Assembly (NCBI GenBank): GCA_963809485.1
Contig: CAWEJX010000020.1
Location: forward strand, 1,088,001-1,152,000
DNA length: 64,000 bases
Direction: 5' to 3'
From: an uncultured Acidobacteriota bacterium
GTDB taxonomy: Bacteria > Acidobacteriota > UBA6911
Every line of letters begins with the position of its first letter. The stretch's first letter is position 1. The notes below the pieces were generated by a model that ran no database searches, was not told the origin of the DNA, and was given only the letters and a program-made list of their open reading frames with translations. The position numbers were made by a program, and so were the translations under genes. Positions 28,976 through 38,686 of the stretch are shown here, piece by piece.

Positions 28976-31903
28976 TCAGAAAGACGGCATCGGTGAGGCT
29001 ACGGCTCGTGCAACCGATTCGATCGCGATAGCGGCCACGGCGGCCCCATAATCGAGATCGATATTCGACATGTTATCGTTGATGTCGTGGTAGCCGACCC
29101 GATTGATGTCGTAGTTCTCCATGAAGAGCACCGCCGGTATCCCCGCATCGGAGAAAATCTGGCCGTCGGTGTTGAAAAGCGAACTGCGCATATCTCCCGG
29201 CAGGCGAATTTCGCCGCGCAACTGCGGGTAGCGCGCGATGTCCGGGATCGAAATGCCGTCTTTGCTGCGGCGGCCCGGTCCCCGATGGCGCCGCTCCGGC
29301 TTGTGGTTCCATTTCCGGGCGTGCGCATTCCATATCATGTTTGCCAGGTGTGCCTGATAAGCCAGCCAGACAGACTGCCGGCTCAGTCCCGGTGAGATCT
29401 GAAACTCGTCCCGGTCGCGCTCGCGGTTATGGGCAATCATGTCCAGGACATAGGCGCCCTCGATTTTGATTTTCGAGAAGTCATACGCCTTTTTGTCCGA
29501 AACATGCAGCCTGAGGCCGCGCTCGACCAGCGATTGAGCCAGGTGACGGGCGCCCATGCAGTCCGAAGGGAATTCCTCACCGGTAAGGTGGACGAGCCAG
29601 ACGTCGCAGTCGAGCTTGCCATCCCGGCTGAGCTTCAAAAAGATCGGCGCTGCCAGCATGAGAGCCGCCGTCGCGGAGTGGTTGTCATCGGCACCGGCCG
29701 CGGCCACTCGTGCCAACGTGCCGCCCCTTTCCTTGTAGTAGAAGTCCTCCATGTAGGCGGTGTCGTAGTGGTCGGCCATGATGACCGCGCGGCCGCGGTC
29801 CCTTCCGGGTATCACCACGAGCAGGTTCCGCTCCCGAAGCGTGCCGTTTTGATTGCCTAGCCATCCCTGCATCCAGGAATAATCAAAATCGGTGCGCCAG
29901 TGGAAGGGCAGTTCGCCCGCGAGGGCTCTGCCTCGCATCCCCTGCTTCTCGATCAACTTCCGGTAGTAAGCCAGTAACCAGTCCCCCAGGGCATCCAGGT
30001 CGCGCCCTTTGTGTTTGAGGATTTTTTGCGTTGCCGTGTCCGTCACACAGTCTGCGTTGTCCTTGTTGATGAAGCGGCCCGTGGCCAAACGGGCGATGGT
30101 CTTCCAGTATTCGACCTCGAAAGTGCGGGTTGCGGTATACCGATACGTGACCGGTTCCGGCAATGGATGCAAGGCAAGGTCGCTCCTGGGAGTAATGACC
30201 CGCTGCAGTGTATGACGCAACAAATAGCCGTAGGATGTTGGGCTGTTCCACCCTGCAACGTCATCGAGCCACTGCTCGAGAGTCTTGTCTTTATGGATAA
30301 CGACGATGTTCCGCGCGAAATCACGGGGCAAAGCCTTTTTGCCGAGAAAGTCCCAGACCGTCATCAGTTTGAATACATTGAGCGCGATCTGGTAGTCGCG
30401 GGTCCCGTAGGCCTTCTTATATCCCCGCACCGTTGCGATGAACTCGGGACGCCGCAGCAGTTCCGGCCATAGCTCGACCGGTTCTGACAAATCGGGCTTC
30501 TCGGCGTCATAGGCGGTCAGAAAGCCCAGAGGCGCGTCATCCAGAAGCTTTGCCCGGTGCGTTTCCGGATCGACAAAGGAAACGAGCGGCATGTGCCAGA
30601 AGACTTCGTATTTTCCGACCCGCATCGGCGGATAGTAGATCCGGTATCCGAAGCGGCCTCCTTCGCGGATCGCCTGCGCGGCAATGCGGAGCTCTTTGCG
30701 GCCGGCGCGCGGCCCATCCAGAAGGAACTTGTATTGGTCGGTCCAGATCTGGGAGTTGCGCGCCATCGGTTTGCCGTAGAGCCCGACAGCGTCCGGGGAG
30801 GTGCTGAAGAGCGCCTGTGAGAGGCGGACTTCGTCGCCCGCAAATGCCAGTTCGTCCTGGTATTGCTCGATCCGTTCCCATCGGTTAGTGCGCCGGTAAG
30901 TGTTCGGCAGCTTCTCTTCCGGCGTTTCCGGCTCCGGACTACCCGCTCCACGTTCGCTCAGCCAGCCTGACTGAAGGAGGCGCAATCCCCGTGGCGCTTC
31001 ATGGCGGGCACACACATTGAGCAGGGGGATCTGCATTGCCAGAGGGAATTGGGGCTGCATCTTCAGGTACGCGGGCACGCCCCAGAATATTAGGCTCCCT
31101 GGGAAAGGAAGCAGATGGAGCTTGCCCTCCAAATAAGCTCTGCGGACGTTCCGGGGCAGTGTGCCAAACGGACGGAAGGTTAGAAGATACTTGACGCCCC
31201 TAAGGGACTCCCTTTCGCCCAAAATGAAGGGCCCCGTCCAGGACGGCAAAGGGTCCTGCTGCCACAATCGGTTTATGCTAGGTCCGGAACCCGGCAGAAT
31301 TCGGAACCCGGTGCGGCGCAGATCGCCCAATTGTTCTGGTTTTTCTCCGTATGCAGCCTGCAGCAATCTTCGAATAAAGTCGACGGCATACTCGGAGCGT
31401 CTCTCCCGGCCCGGCGCATAGTAGAAGCTTTTCCAGAAAGCCCTCTCGGGTCCCTGTTCGCTGCTCCCATAGAACATCCAGCGGACGCGTCCCTTGTCAT
31501 CTTGTGCTTTCGACAGCGCCAGGGGCAATAGGGTCACATATCGTTCGTGCGGCATTGGGCCGGGCAGGTCAGCGAGCTCTTTCGGCCAATAGATGTTCCG
31601 TTCGAGACTGGCGCGGCTGATGCCTCGGGCCGGCTGTTTCCGGCCCAGGCGTTTCAGGGCCGGCAGGAGCTGGTTTGCGATAAGCTGAAGTCCGGGGCCA
31701 AGCTCGAAGGCCTGTTCGCGTTCATTGACCGTCCAGGTAAAGGGATCCTCCGGGATTCGCGGGGCAACGTGGTCTTTTCCATAGGGCCGCCACCCGATCC
31801 ACGGCGAGGGCATCATCTCGGAATATGCCGGCATCCGGAACCGGTTTCTCTTCCCATATCTGGGAACGTCCGTTAATAGCTTGTCCCAACCTTGCGTAGC
31901 CAT
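28976..31903 (-). CDS. Large protein: ~650-aa unassigned N-terminal region plus C-terminal M28 metallopeptidase domain
   Basis: ADHYD, GADDNHS, TGEE, LDMI, GYHD zinc ligands; start set to MATQGW after AAGGAG. Confidence 0.88.
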   Translation of the reverse strand: MATQGWDKLLTDVPRYGKRNRFRMPAYSEMMPSPWIGWRPYGKDHVAPRIPEDPFTWTVNEREQAFELGPGLQLIANQLLPALKRLGRKQPARGISRASLERNIYWPKELADLPGPMPHERYVTLLPLALSKAQDDKGRVRWMFYGSSEQGPERAFWKSFYYAPGRERRSEYAVDFIRRLLQAAYGEKPEQLGDLRRTGFRILPGSGPSINRLWQQDPLPSWTGPFILGERESLRGVKYLLTFRPFGTLPRNVRRAYLEGKLHLLPFPGSLIFWGVPAYLKMQPQFPLAMQIPLLNVCARHEAPRGLRLLQSGWLSERGAGSPEPETPEEKLPNTYRRTNRWERIEQYQDELAFAGDEVRLSQALFSTSPDAVGLYGKPMARNSQIWTDQYKFLLDGPRAGRKELRIAAQAIREGGRFGYRIYYPPMRVGKYEVFWHMPLVSFVDPETHRAKLLDDAPLGFLTAYDAEKPDLSEPVELWPELLRRPEFIATVRGYKKAYGTRDYQIALNVFKLMTVWDFLGKKALPRDFARNIVVIHKDKTLEQWLDDVAGWNSPTSYGYLLRHTLQRVITPRSDLALHPLPEPVTYRYTATRTFEVEYWKTIARLATGRFINKDNADCVTDTATQKILKHKGRDLDALGDWLLAYYRKLIEKQGMRGRALAGELPFHWRTDFDYSWMQGWLGNQNGTLRERNLLVVIPGRDRGRAVIMADHYDTAYMEDFYYKERGGTLARVAAAGADDNHSATAALMLAAPIFLKLSRDGKLDCDVWLVHLTGEEFPSDCMGARHLAQSLVERGLRLHVSDKKAYDFSKIKIEGAYVLDMIAHNRERDRDEFQISPGLSRQSVWLAYQAHLANMIWNAHARKWNHKPERRHRGPGRRSKDGISIPDIARYPQLRGEIRLPGDMRSSLFNTDGQIFSDAGIPAVLFMENYDINRVGYHDINDNMSNIDLDYGAAVAAIAIESVARAVASPMPSF

Positions 31904-31913
31904 GGGTCTCCTT

Positions 31914-32436
31914 TCAGGATAGCTCCTTCTGGTAGACGAGCTTGTCATCGCCGATTTTATAGAAGTTCCGTATCCGGGCCGCCAATTCATAGCCGGCGCG
32001 CTCGTAGAATCGGACCGTGGCGCCATAGGACTCCTGGGAGGATGTTTCGATCAGGATCATCCGGCCTCCGCAATCCATCACATCCCGTTCCACATACTGT
32101 ATCAAGTCGGCGCCCCAGTCCGGTCCCCTGGGATGCCGGGTCAACCACAATCCAATAGAGGTCGTATACCCCCTCCGTGAGCGGAGTCGGACCGTAGCAG
32201 GCATATCCTTTCACCTCGGGATTTGTTTTCCCCCAATCCAGCACGGCAAATATATAGCCGCTCTCCTCGCCCTGCTCGAGCGCCTCATCAACTAATTCCA
32301 TCGCCGTGACAATCTCCTGCTGGTTGAATTTGCCCGAGGACACAACCATTGTTTCTATCGGGGATCGATCCCGGGACTCCAATGGACGGATCCGCACTTC
32401 CTGGGATTCGATTGAATGCCTGTTCTGTCTTTTCAT
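31914..32436 (-). pseudogene. GNAT acetyltransferase split by a 1-nt frameshift near 32104 (or a sequencing error)
   Basis: Frame 1 ...YDLYWIVVDPASQGTGLGRRL continues in frame 2 as IQYVERDV...LIETSS...RFYERAGY...FYKIGDDK. Confidence 0.85.
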
Positions 32437-32743
32437 AGGTTTGGATTTATCATGGTGAGAGCCCCCCCAATGGCCCTGAGCTTGGGGTAAGTCACCGTTC
32501 AGGTTTCATCCTATAGCCGCACTGAGAAAATATTGTGAATCGCTTCTACTCCTCCGGCACCTGTCAGATCATACAGTGGCCATAAATGGGGCACTTGGGC
32601 TGAACTCATGGGAGAAGACAAAGCTCTGCATTTTCGTGAAGGAAAACCGTGTCTAATCTTTCCCTCACAGATAAAGAACTACCGCAATTGTGTGCTTCGC
32701 ACCAAAACCTCTCCCGGAATCTCGCTATGGCGGTTTGGGATCG

Positions 32744-33172
32744 TCAAAGCCGGAAAAGCTCACCCGTGGCTTTGCGTTTGAAATGCACCCTCTGCTGCAA
32801 CGGGAAGTTGAACTTGATCGCCCCGGCGCTCAGACGAGGGCATTCGTTCACGCAACATCCACAGTACCAGCATTCGTCAGGGTGCAGCGTAATCGGGGGT
32901 TTGCCTTTGATTGGATTCGGTATATACACGTCCACCTGGCATACGTCCACACACGTATTGCAGCCAATACATGCTTCAGGGTTTCGAATAACGGGCCGGT
33001 TGGGCGTAGCCACATTGGGCACGACATAAACCTTTTTGCCTTCAGCTCCCTGAAGCATGCCGCCGGTCCCCTCGAAAGAAGCAGCGGCTTTGGCCGCTCC
33101 GGCGACGGCACTCGCTTTAAGAAAGTCCCTGCGTTTCATCGACCCGCTTTTCCTTTGTTTCTTCATAGACAT
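32744..33172 (-). CDS. 2x[4Fe-4S] ferredoxin (AprB-like) with a twin-arginine leader
   Basis: MKRRDFLK leader; CIGCNTCVDVC and CWYCGCCVNECP. Confidence 0.88.
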   Translation of the reverse strand: MSMKKQRKSGSMKRRDFLKASAVAGAAKAAASFEGTGGMLQGAEGKKVYVVPNVATPNRPVIRNPEACIGCNTCVDVCQVDVYIPNPIKGKPPITLHPDECWYCGCCVNECPRLSAGAIKFNFPLQQRVHFKRKATGELFRL

Positions 33173-33286
33173 TTTCTCCCATAAATCTGTTGCACTCATA
33201 GCTTCCACATCAGCAACAATCGCTCGCAATCCGCTACCACGGGATCTTTTATCACCATGGAAATTTCTTCCATGCATTCTGCCGGA

Positions 33287-35131
33287 CTATCCCTTGTAGG
33301 TGCCGGCATATCCCTGATTGTGGTCTTCGTAATTCTTTTTAAGATCTCCCCAGTAGGCCAGGGGCAGTTCTCCTACGCTTACCTTTCCGTTATCCAATTT
33401 GAGCGTGATCCACTTGTTCCACTCGGGCGGATCCATTTGCGGGTAATCGATCCTTTGGAAACTCAAAGGCCTGCTGCTCGCCTTTCGCTCCAGGGAAGCA
33501 CGGAGGATAATCTGAGAGAAGGTGAGGATGCTGAGGTCTTCCAGGCTGCGCAATAACTTATGCGGGTCCAGGGCGTAGAGCTGGGGGACCCAGTTCTTCT
33601 CAATGTCCTCGAGCGCAGCAAGGCCCATTGTGAGGAGCTTTTCGTTCTTGAACTCGCTGCAGAAGTACTGCATATTCCGGGATATTCCGGCATGTAATTC
33701 CTTCCATTCTATGCCCTGGCTTTTCTTGATTGGAGCATAGACCCGGGCCTTCTCGCGCGCGACTTGTTCCCTGGATATTAGCGGCTGGCCTGCCCGCCGT
33801 GCATAATCGGCCGCCTTTCTGCCGGCATATCTGCCGGTGGACTCTGCATAGCTGTGGTCTCCCGGACCGTACATCTGTTCGCCGGCAGCATACAGTCCGT
33901 CCAGCGTGGTTTTCAAATCCCAGTCGACGACAGGACCGCCTCTGGCGTTCATACTGTCCGGGGAGCGGAAATGAGCGGGTGTGGTCCCCTCGAGCAATGT
34001 ATAACTCGGGAACAGGTCTTTACTTGGATCAAATCCAGCCTCCTGGTATTTTCTTCGAATGGCTTTTGTCGTCGACTCCTCCACGTACATCATGTCCCAG
34101 CAAATCTTTCTCCACTGTTCGTCTTGAGAGGGGAAATCGCCCCAGAAAGGCAGCGCCAATTCTCCTTTGAGTACGGCTTCGCGCAGATTCCCTTTTGCCG
34201 GGAGCGGTTTGCCATTGTCGTCGATCTGCGACAAATGCTCGAAGCTGGCATCGATCGCCGCATACCATTTGTGTTTGTAACCGGTGCCTAGAGTCAGTAG
34301 CCCGGACTTCTCCATCTGGGTAACCGCAGCTCCGGCTCGGAACGCCATCACGGTGCCGTCGCCGGAGGCATTGCGGGACCTAAATGTGGATATACCCGCC
34401 AATTCGGTGTTGAAAACCCATATCGAGCCGACTCCCGCGGTGGAGAGCACAACGGCCTTGGCTTTGAAAATCATGAATTCGCCGGTCCTGGTATTGATTC
34501 CGGTAGCGCCCACCACCCTGGCCCCCTGGACGCCTTTTTCATTCAGCAGGCTGGTACACATGACTCGGTCGTAGATCTTGACCCCCAGGCGTTCGCACTC
34601 CCTCTTCAATACCGGTTTAAGACTCGAGCCCCAAAAGCGGAGACAGGCATTTACGGGCTGATACCTTTCGGCAAGAACGAGTTTGGTTTTTTCATCCCTT
34701 CCCCAACAGCCTGCATATTCGCCTTCGGTGTCCCGGATCTTGCCGCCCATGGGCTCCAGCTCCAAAAACGCATCGTAGCCCTCGCGGCACTGTATGTAGC
34801 GGCCGATTCCGCAGCAATATCCGCCATAGCTTTCAATGATGCGCTGGCATTGCTCCTCCGGACTGACGGTCATCAGAGGACAGGTCATCGGGTAATCCCA
34901 GTGATCGCCTCCGGGCCCTCCGGCGCCACTCCTGATCGTTGCCGCTTTCTCGACTATCGCTACCCTGAGGCCTTTCCCCTGGGCTGCGCTTATGGCCGCC
35001 CGACATCCGGCGATTCCGCCACCGACAATCAATACATCCGTATCGATCGTCTGCTCCTGTTCGTACCGGATCGGGTACGGCCATTCGGGCGTTTGCCCTT
35101 CCAGTTCGATCAACTCATGCCATGAAGTCAT
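33287..35131 (-). CDS. FAD-dependent oxidoreductase, AprA/SdhA/NadB superfamily (AprA-like)
   Basis: DVLIVGGGIAG, EKAATIRSGAG, AKAVVLSTAG, TTLDGLYAAGE, ASLERKASS...RIDYP. Confidence 0.9.
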   Translation of the reverse strand: MTSWHELIELEGQTPEWPYPIRYEQEQTIDTDVLIVGGGIAGCRAAISAAQGKGLRVAIVEKAATIRSGAGGPGGDHWDYPMTCPLMTVSPEEQCQRIIESYGGYCCGIGRYIQCREGYDAFLELEPMGGKIRDTEGEYAGCWGRDEKTKLVLAERYQPVNACLRFWGSSLKPVLKRECERLGVKIYDRVMCTSLLNEKGVQGARVVGATGINTRTGEFMIFKAKAVVLSTAGVGSIWVFNTELAGISTFRSRNASGDGTVMAFRAGAAVTQMEKSGLLTLGTGYKHKWYAAIDASFEHLSQIDDNGKPLPAKGNLREAVLKGELALPFWGDFPSQDEQWRKICWDMMYVEESTTKAIRRKYQEAGFDPSKDLFPSYTLLEGTTPAHFRSPDSMNARGGPVVDWDLKTTLDGLYAAGEQMYGPGDHSYAESTGRYAGRKAADYARRAGQPLISREQVAREKARVYAPIKKSQGIEWKELHAGISRNMQYFCSEFKNEKLLTMGLAALEDIEKNWVPQLYALDPHKLLRSLEDLSILTFSQIILRASLERKASSRPLSFQRIDYPQMDPPEWNKWITLKLDNGKVSVGELPLAYWGDLKKNYEDHNQGYAGTYKG

Positions 35132-35918
35132 CTTCTAGCCTCCCTCCAAGCACTCAACGTGCAGTTTTTGCAGCAAATTGTCGTTTGACACCCCGAAAAA
35201 CGCCCTCCGCACAACACCTCTTGTCCCGCTGCAATCAGGGGAAAAGCCAAGAGTTTGTAAGAGACATTTCATAAGTGCAGATTTTGATAACTGGCTGACA
35301 ATGAATCCTTGGTCTTCCATCGCTTCCTGTAAATCGTGTGGCCACCCGCCGGGGCCATTCCATGGGGCCGAACTCAGGCTGCGCAGGGCTCCGAAATACC
35401 GCCGGTCCAAATGCGTCGTGTCGAACTCGGGGCAATTCTTCATCCGGGCCGCCGCAAAAATACTTCTTCTCCGGCGCGGCGCTCAGGTCGGCGAACGGCA
35501 GGACTGCCCAGAATATCCGGAGTCCGCACCAACGGAGGCTTCGGGCTCTGCCTCCAATATATACGCGCTGCCTATTATAGTGCCATCCCGGACTAGACCA
35601 AAAGCACAACCACAAACTCAGGCAATTCGCTCACGCATATCGGGTGACAGTCAACTTGTTACGCTGCAAAAATCGCGCCGGCATTATTCCACCCCATCCG
35701 GAGGTACACAGATGAAAGGGCTCTCTTTCCCTTTTTGACTTCCTTTTCCTTCTCCCCGTCCTCTCCGTCGCCAAAGAGCATCCCCAAACTGCAGTCCGGG
35801 ATCTAACCCCCGGCGATATTGAGAGGGCCTGTGCTCGGCAGCCGAATACTGAATTTTTTCAAACTTTTCCCGGCCGGATTTCGTCTAACAGCATAAGTTG
35901 ACAAGGAGGATCATATTT

Positions 35919-38154
35919 TTGCCATATTCCGGACGGATTCTTCCGGCCATGCTCATGCTGGCCTGTTCAGTTGTCTTCCTGACCCAAAACGCTCTATCCA
36001 AAACTCAGACAAAGCCTTCGGAAAAGGCGGCCGCTCCTCTTCCCGTTCTTGAAGTCCCGATCCTCAACAGTAATGTGGCGGTTGACGGAGTTCTTGATGA
36101 GGCCGCGTGGAGGGTCCCGCCTCTGCCGGCCGGTGAATGGCTGACCTACAATCCGCTCTACGGCGCCAAAATGGCGCAGCGCACCGAGGTTTGGGCGGCT
36201 CACGATCAGGATGCGCTCTATTTCGCGTTCCACTGCATGGATCCGGAGCCAGACAAGATTAAAACAACGATCAGCAAACGCGACACGATTTTCAACGATG
36301 ATTGGGCCGGGCTGAGCCTCGATTCGCTGGGAAGCCACCAGAGCTCGTACGAATTCTTCATAAATCCCGACGGAATTCAGATGGACATGCTGAACAGCAG
36401 CACCGCCGGCGAGGACACCTCGCCGGATTGGGTTTGGGAAAGCGCCGCCAAAAGAACCGGCGACGGCTACGCGGTTGAAATCCGGATCCCGTTCAAAACC
36501 ATCCGGTTCGCCGGCGGCAGCGTCGTGCGTATGGGAGTCCTTTTCTGGAGGCGCGTCAGCCGCCTCGGCATGTCGGCGTCATGGCCGGATCTTCCGCCCG
36601 GCATCTCCTGGTTCACCCGCCATGCGCCTCTGCTCCTGCATGAGGTCAAGCGTCCCATGACGCTGGAAGTGATCCCAAACGTCACCTACGCGCTAAACCA
36701 GACGCGTTCGGCTCCGGACCGCTGGGCCAGCGATTCGAATCCGGACGGAGGCATCACCGCCAAATACGGGATCACCTCCACGGTGACCCTGGATGGCACC
36801 TATCGCCCGGATTTCAGCCAGGTGGAAAGCGACGCTTTCCAGGTCGAGGTCAACCAGCGCTACCCCCTTTTCTATAGCGAGAAGCGTCCATTCTTTATGG
36901 AAGGGATGGGTACTTTTGACCTGGCCGGAGTCGGCGGTGACGGCAACATGCGCACGGCCGTCCACACGCGCCGCATCGTCGATCCGCTTTTCGGTCTGAA
37001 ACTCACGGGCACGGTCGGCAAAGTGACCTTCGCGACTCTGTCGTCCGCTGACCAGTGGCCCGGAAACACGGACCCATCGGACCCGCTTTTTGAGAAGGAA
37101 AAGTATTTCAACATCGGCCGCGCCCTTTATTCCCTGGGGAAGGGCACCTACATCGGCGGGCTCGTTACGGACACGGAACTGGCCGACGGGTACAACAGGG
37201 TGGTTGCTGGCGACCTCTCGCTGCAGTTCGGGAAGCACCAGCAGTTTAGTGCGACCGCGATTACCACAGGCACTCGCGATTCCGACGGCAGCAATGAACG
37301 GTCGGGAATGGCAGGGCAGGCATCCTATTCGTACAGCAGCAAACGCCAGATCCTTCTCACGCAATTCGAGCACTACGACAAAGATTTTCAGATGGACACG
37401 GCTTTTTACAACCGGACGGGAATTACGGCCAACTGGACGTATTACTCCTACAACCTCTACCCGGATGAAAAGAACTATCCATGGTTCAAGAAATTCGCGC
37501 CATTCGTCTGGGCTCATAGAGCGCGGGACCGCATCCAGAGGGGGGATGAATATATGCTGCTCGGAGGCGTCCGGATGAACTTCACTCGCCAAGGTTCTTT
37601 CCGGATTGACTATGCCGGGGGCAAAGAGCCGTGGGCAGGCCAATCCTACGACATCAGTCAAATCAGAGTAATGGGAGGCGCCCAGCTTTTCCCGTGGCTC
37701 AATTTTTTCGGGTATTTCACTTCCGGAAAATCCATTTTTTATGACCTGGAAAATCCCTTCGCGGGTGACAGCGAGATACCTTAGTGCAGAAGTGACCCTT
37801 CAGCCTACCTCAAAGCTCAGCCAGGCGATATCATACGAGGGAGTGATTTTCAACCGTGCTTCCAGCGGAGAGCGCGTTTATACGGTGGATATCATCAATT
37901 CCAAAACCACCTATCAGTTCAACAAGAGTTTTGCAGCGCGGGCCATTCACCGTTATGACAGTTCGAGAAGCAATGTCCTGCTGGATTACCTCGTGTCCTA
38001 CGAACCCGTGCCGGGCACCGTCGCCTATGTCGGATACGGCTCTCTGTTCAACAGGCAGGATTGGGACGGAACCCGCTACATGCCGGGACACAGCGATTAT
38101 GCAAACACTCAGCGGAGCCTGTTTTTCAAGTTCTCTTACCTTTACCGGTTTTAG
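35919..38154 (+). pseudogene. CBM9-like + DUF5916 secreted/outer-membrane protein split by a frameshift near 37773 (or a sequencing error)
   Basis: VDGVLDEAAW, PDFSQVESD, EKRPFFMEG, HTRRIVDP in 35898..37784; C-terminal strands ending FFKFSYLYRF in 37741..38154. Confidence 0.85.
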
Positions 38155-38168
38155 ATGCGAGGAAGCAT

Positions 38169-38555
38169 CCTCCGGCAAGGCCGGAGGCTTGAAAGATTTG
38201 AACCGCTCCAAGCGGTTGGAGGAGTTATGCCGGTCTTGAACGCTGACTTACGCGGGCAAAAGCCGATGAGGCGCTTCCGATCCCCGCAGGGGCAAGCGCT
38301 CCGCGCTGGACAGTTTTCTGCGGCGGCACTGTGGCAAGCGCCGTGCGGCAAGGAGATGAAGGGTATGAGAAACCGGGCGTTTGCCACAGTGCCGCCGCAG
38401 AAAACTCCATCGGAAGCGCTTCATCGGCTTTTGCTCGCCGACCCTCGCCGAACAAATCGGCGTTTGTCAGCGTTTTTATCAACGTTTCTCAGCGTTTCAA
38501 AATACGGAGCTGTCAAACTCTTTGAGTCCCCCGGCAGAGCCGGGGGTTTACCAAT
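38169..38555 (-). mobile_element. IS200/IS605-like MITE, copy 4 (longest; carries a ~180-bp nested double hairpin)
   Basis: Both terminal hairpins intact; internal inverted repeats 38256-38281/38409-38434 and 38312-38342/38376-38406. Confidence 0.88.
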
Positions 38556-38686
38556 GTAGTTCGCCTCAATCCTGACATTACGCCTCCCAGAGACCTCCCG
38601 GCCTGGCCGCAATTTATTTTCATCCCTGAACCTGTTGGCTTATGATGGTTTCCGAAATCCTAACCTCCAACTTGAAAGGGCGATGT

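Noticed and set aside
32440-32700. Riboswitch in the long leader upstream of the GNAT gene
   Set aside because: A GTAGAAGCG start is vaguely lysine-riboswitch-like, but I could not find the remaining conserved elements; needs an Rfam scan.
33287-35131. Bona fide dissimilatory APS reductase (aprA) or sdhA
   Set aside because: Only superfamily motifs are recognisable; no sat, qmo, sdhB or sdhC neighbours, so no gene symbol was given.
35135-35738. Overlapping 80-190 aa ORFs upstream of the AprA-like gene
   Set aside because: Mutually overlapping, with no recognisable motif or convincing RBS; may be a decayed fragment but cannot be supported.
32095-37790. Programmed ribosomal frameshifting at the two split genes
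   Set aside because: No X-XXY-YYZ slippery sequence or homopolymer run at either junction.
38151-38612. Short ORFs inside the MITE copies (also 2141..2717, 16005..16196)
   Set aside because: They are translations of the repeat itself; frames are not preserved between copies.
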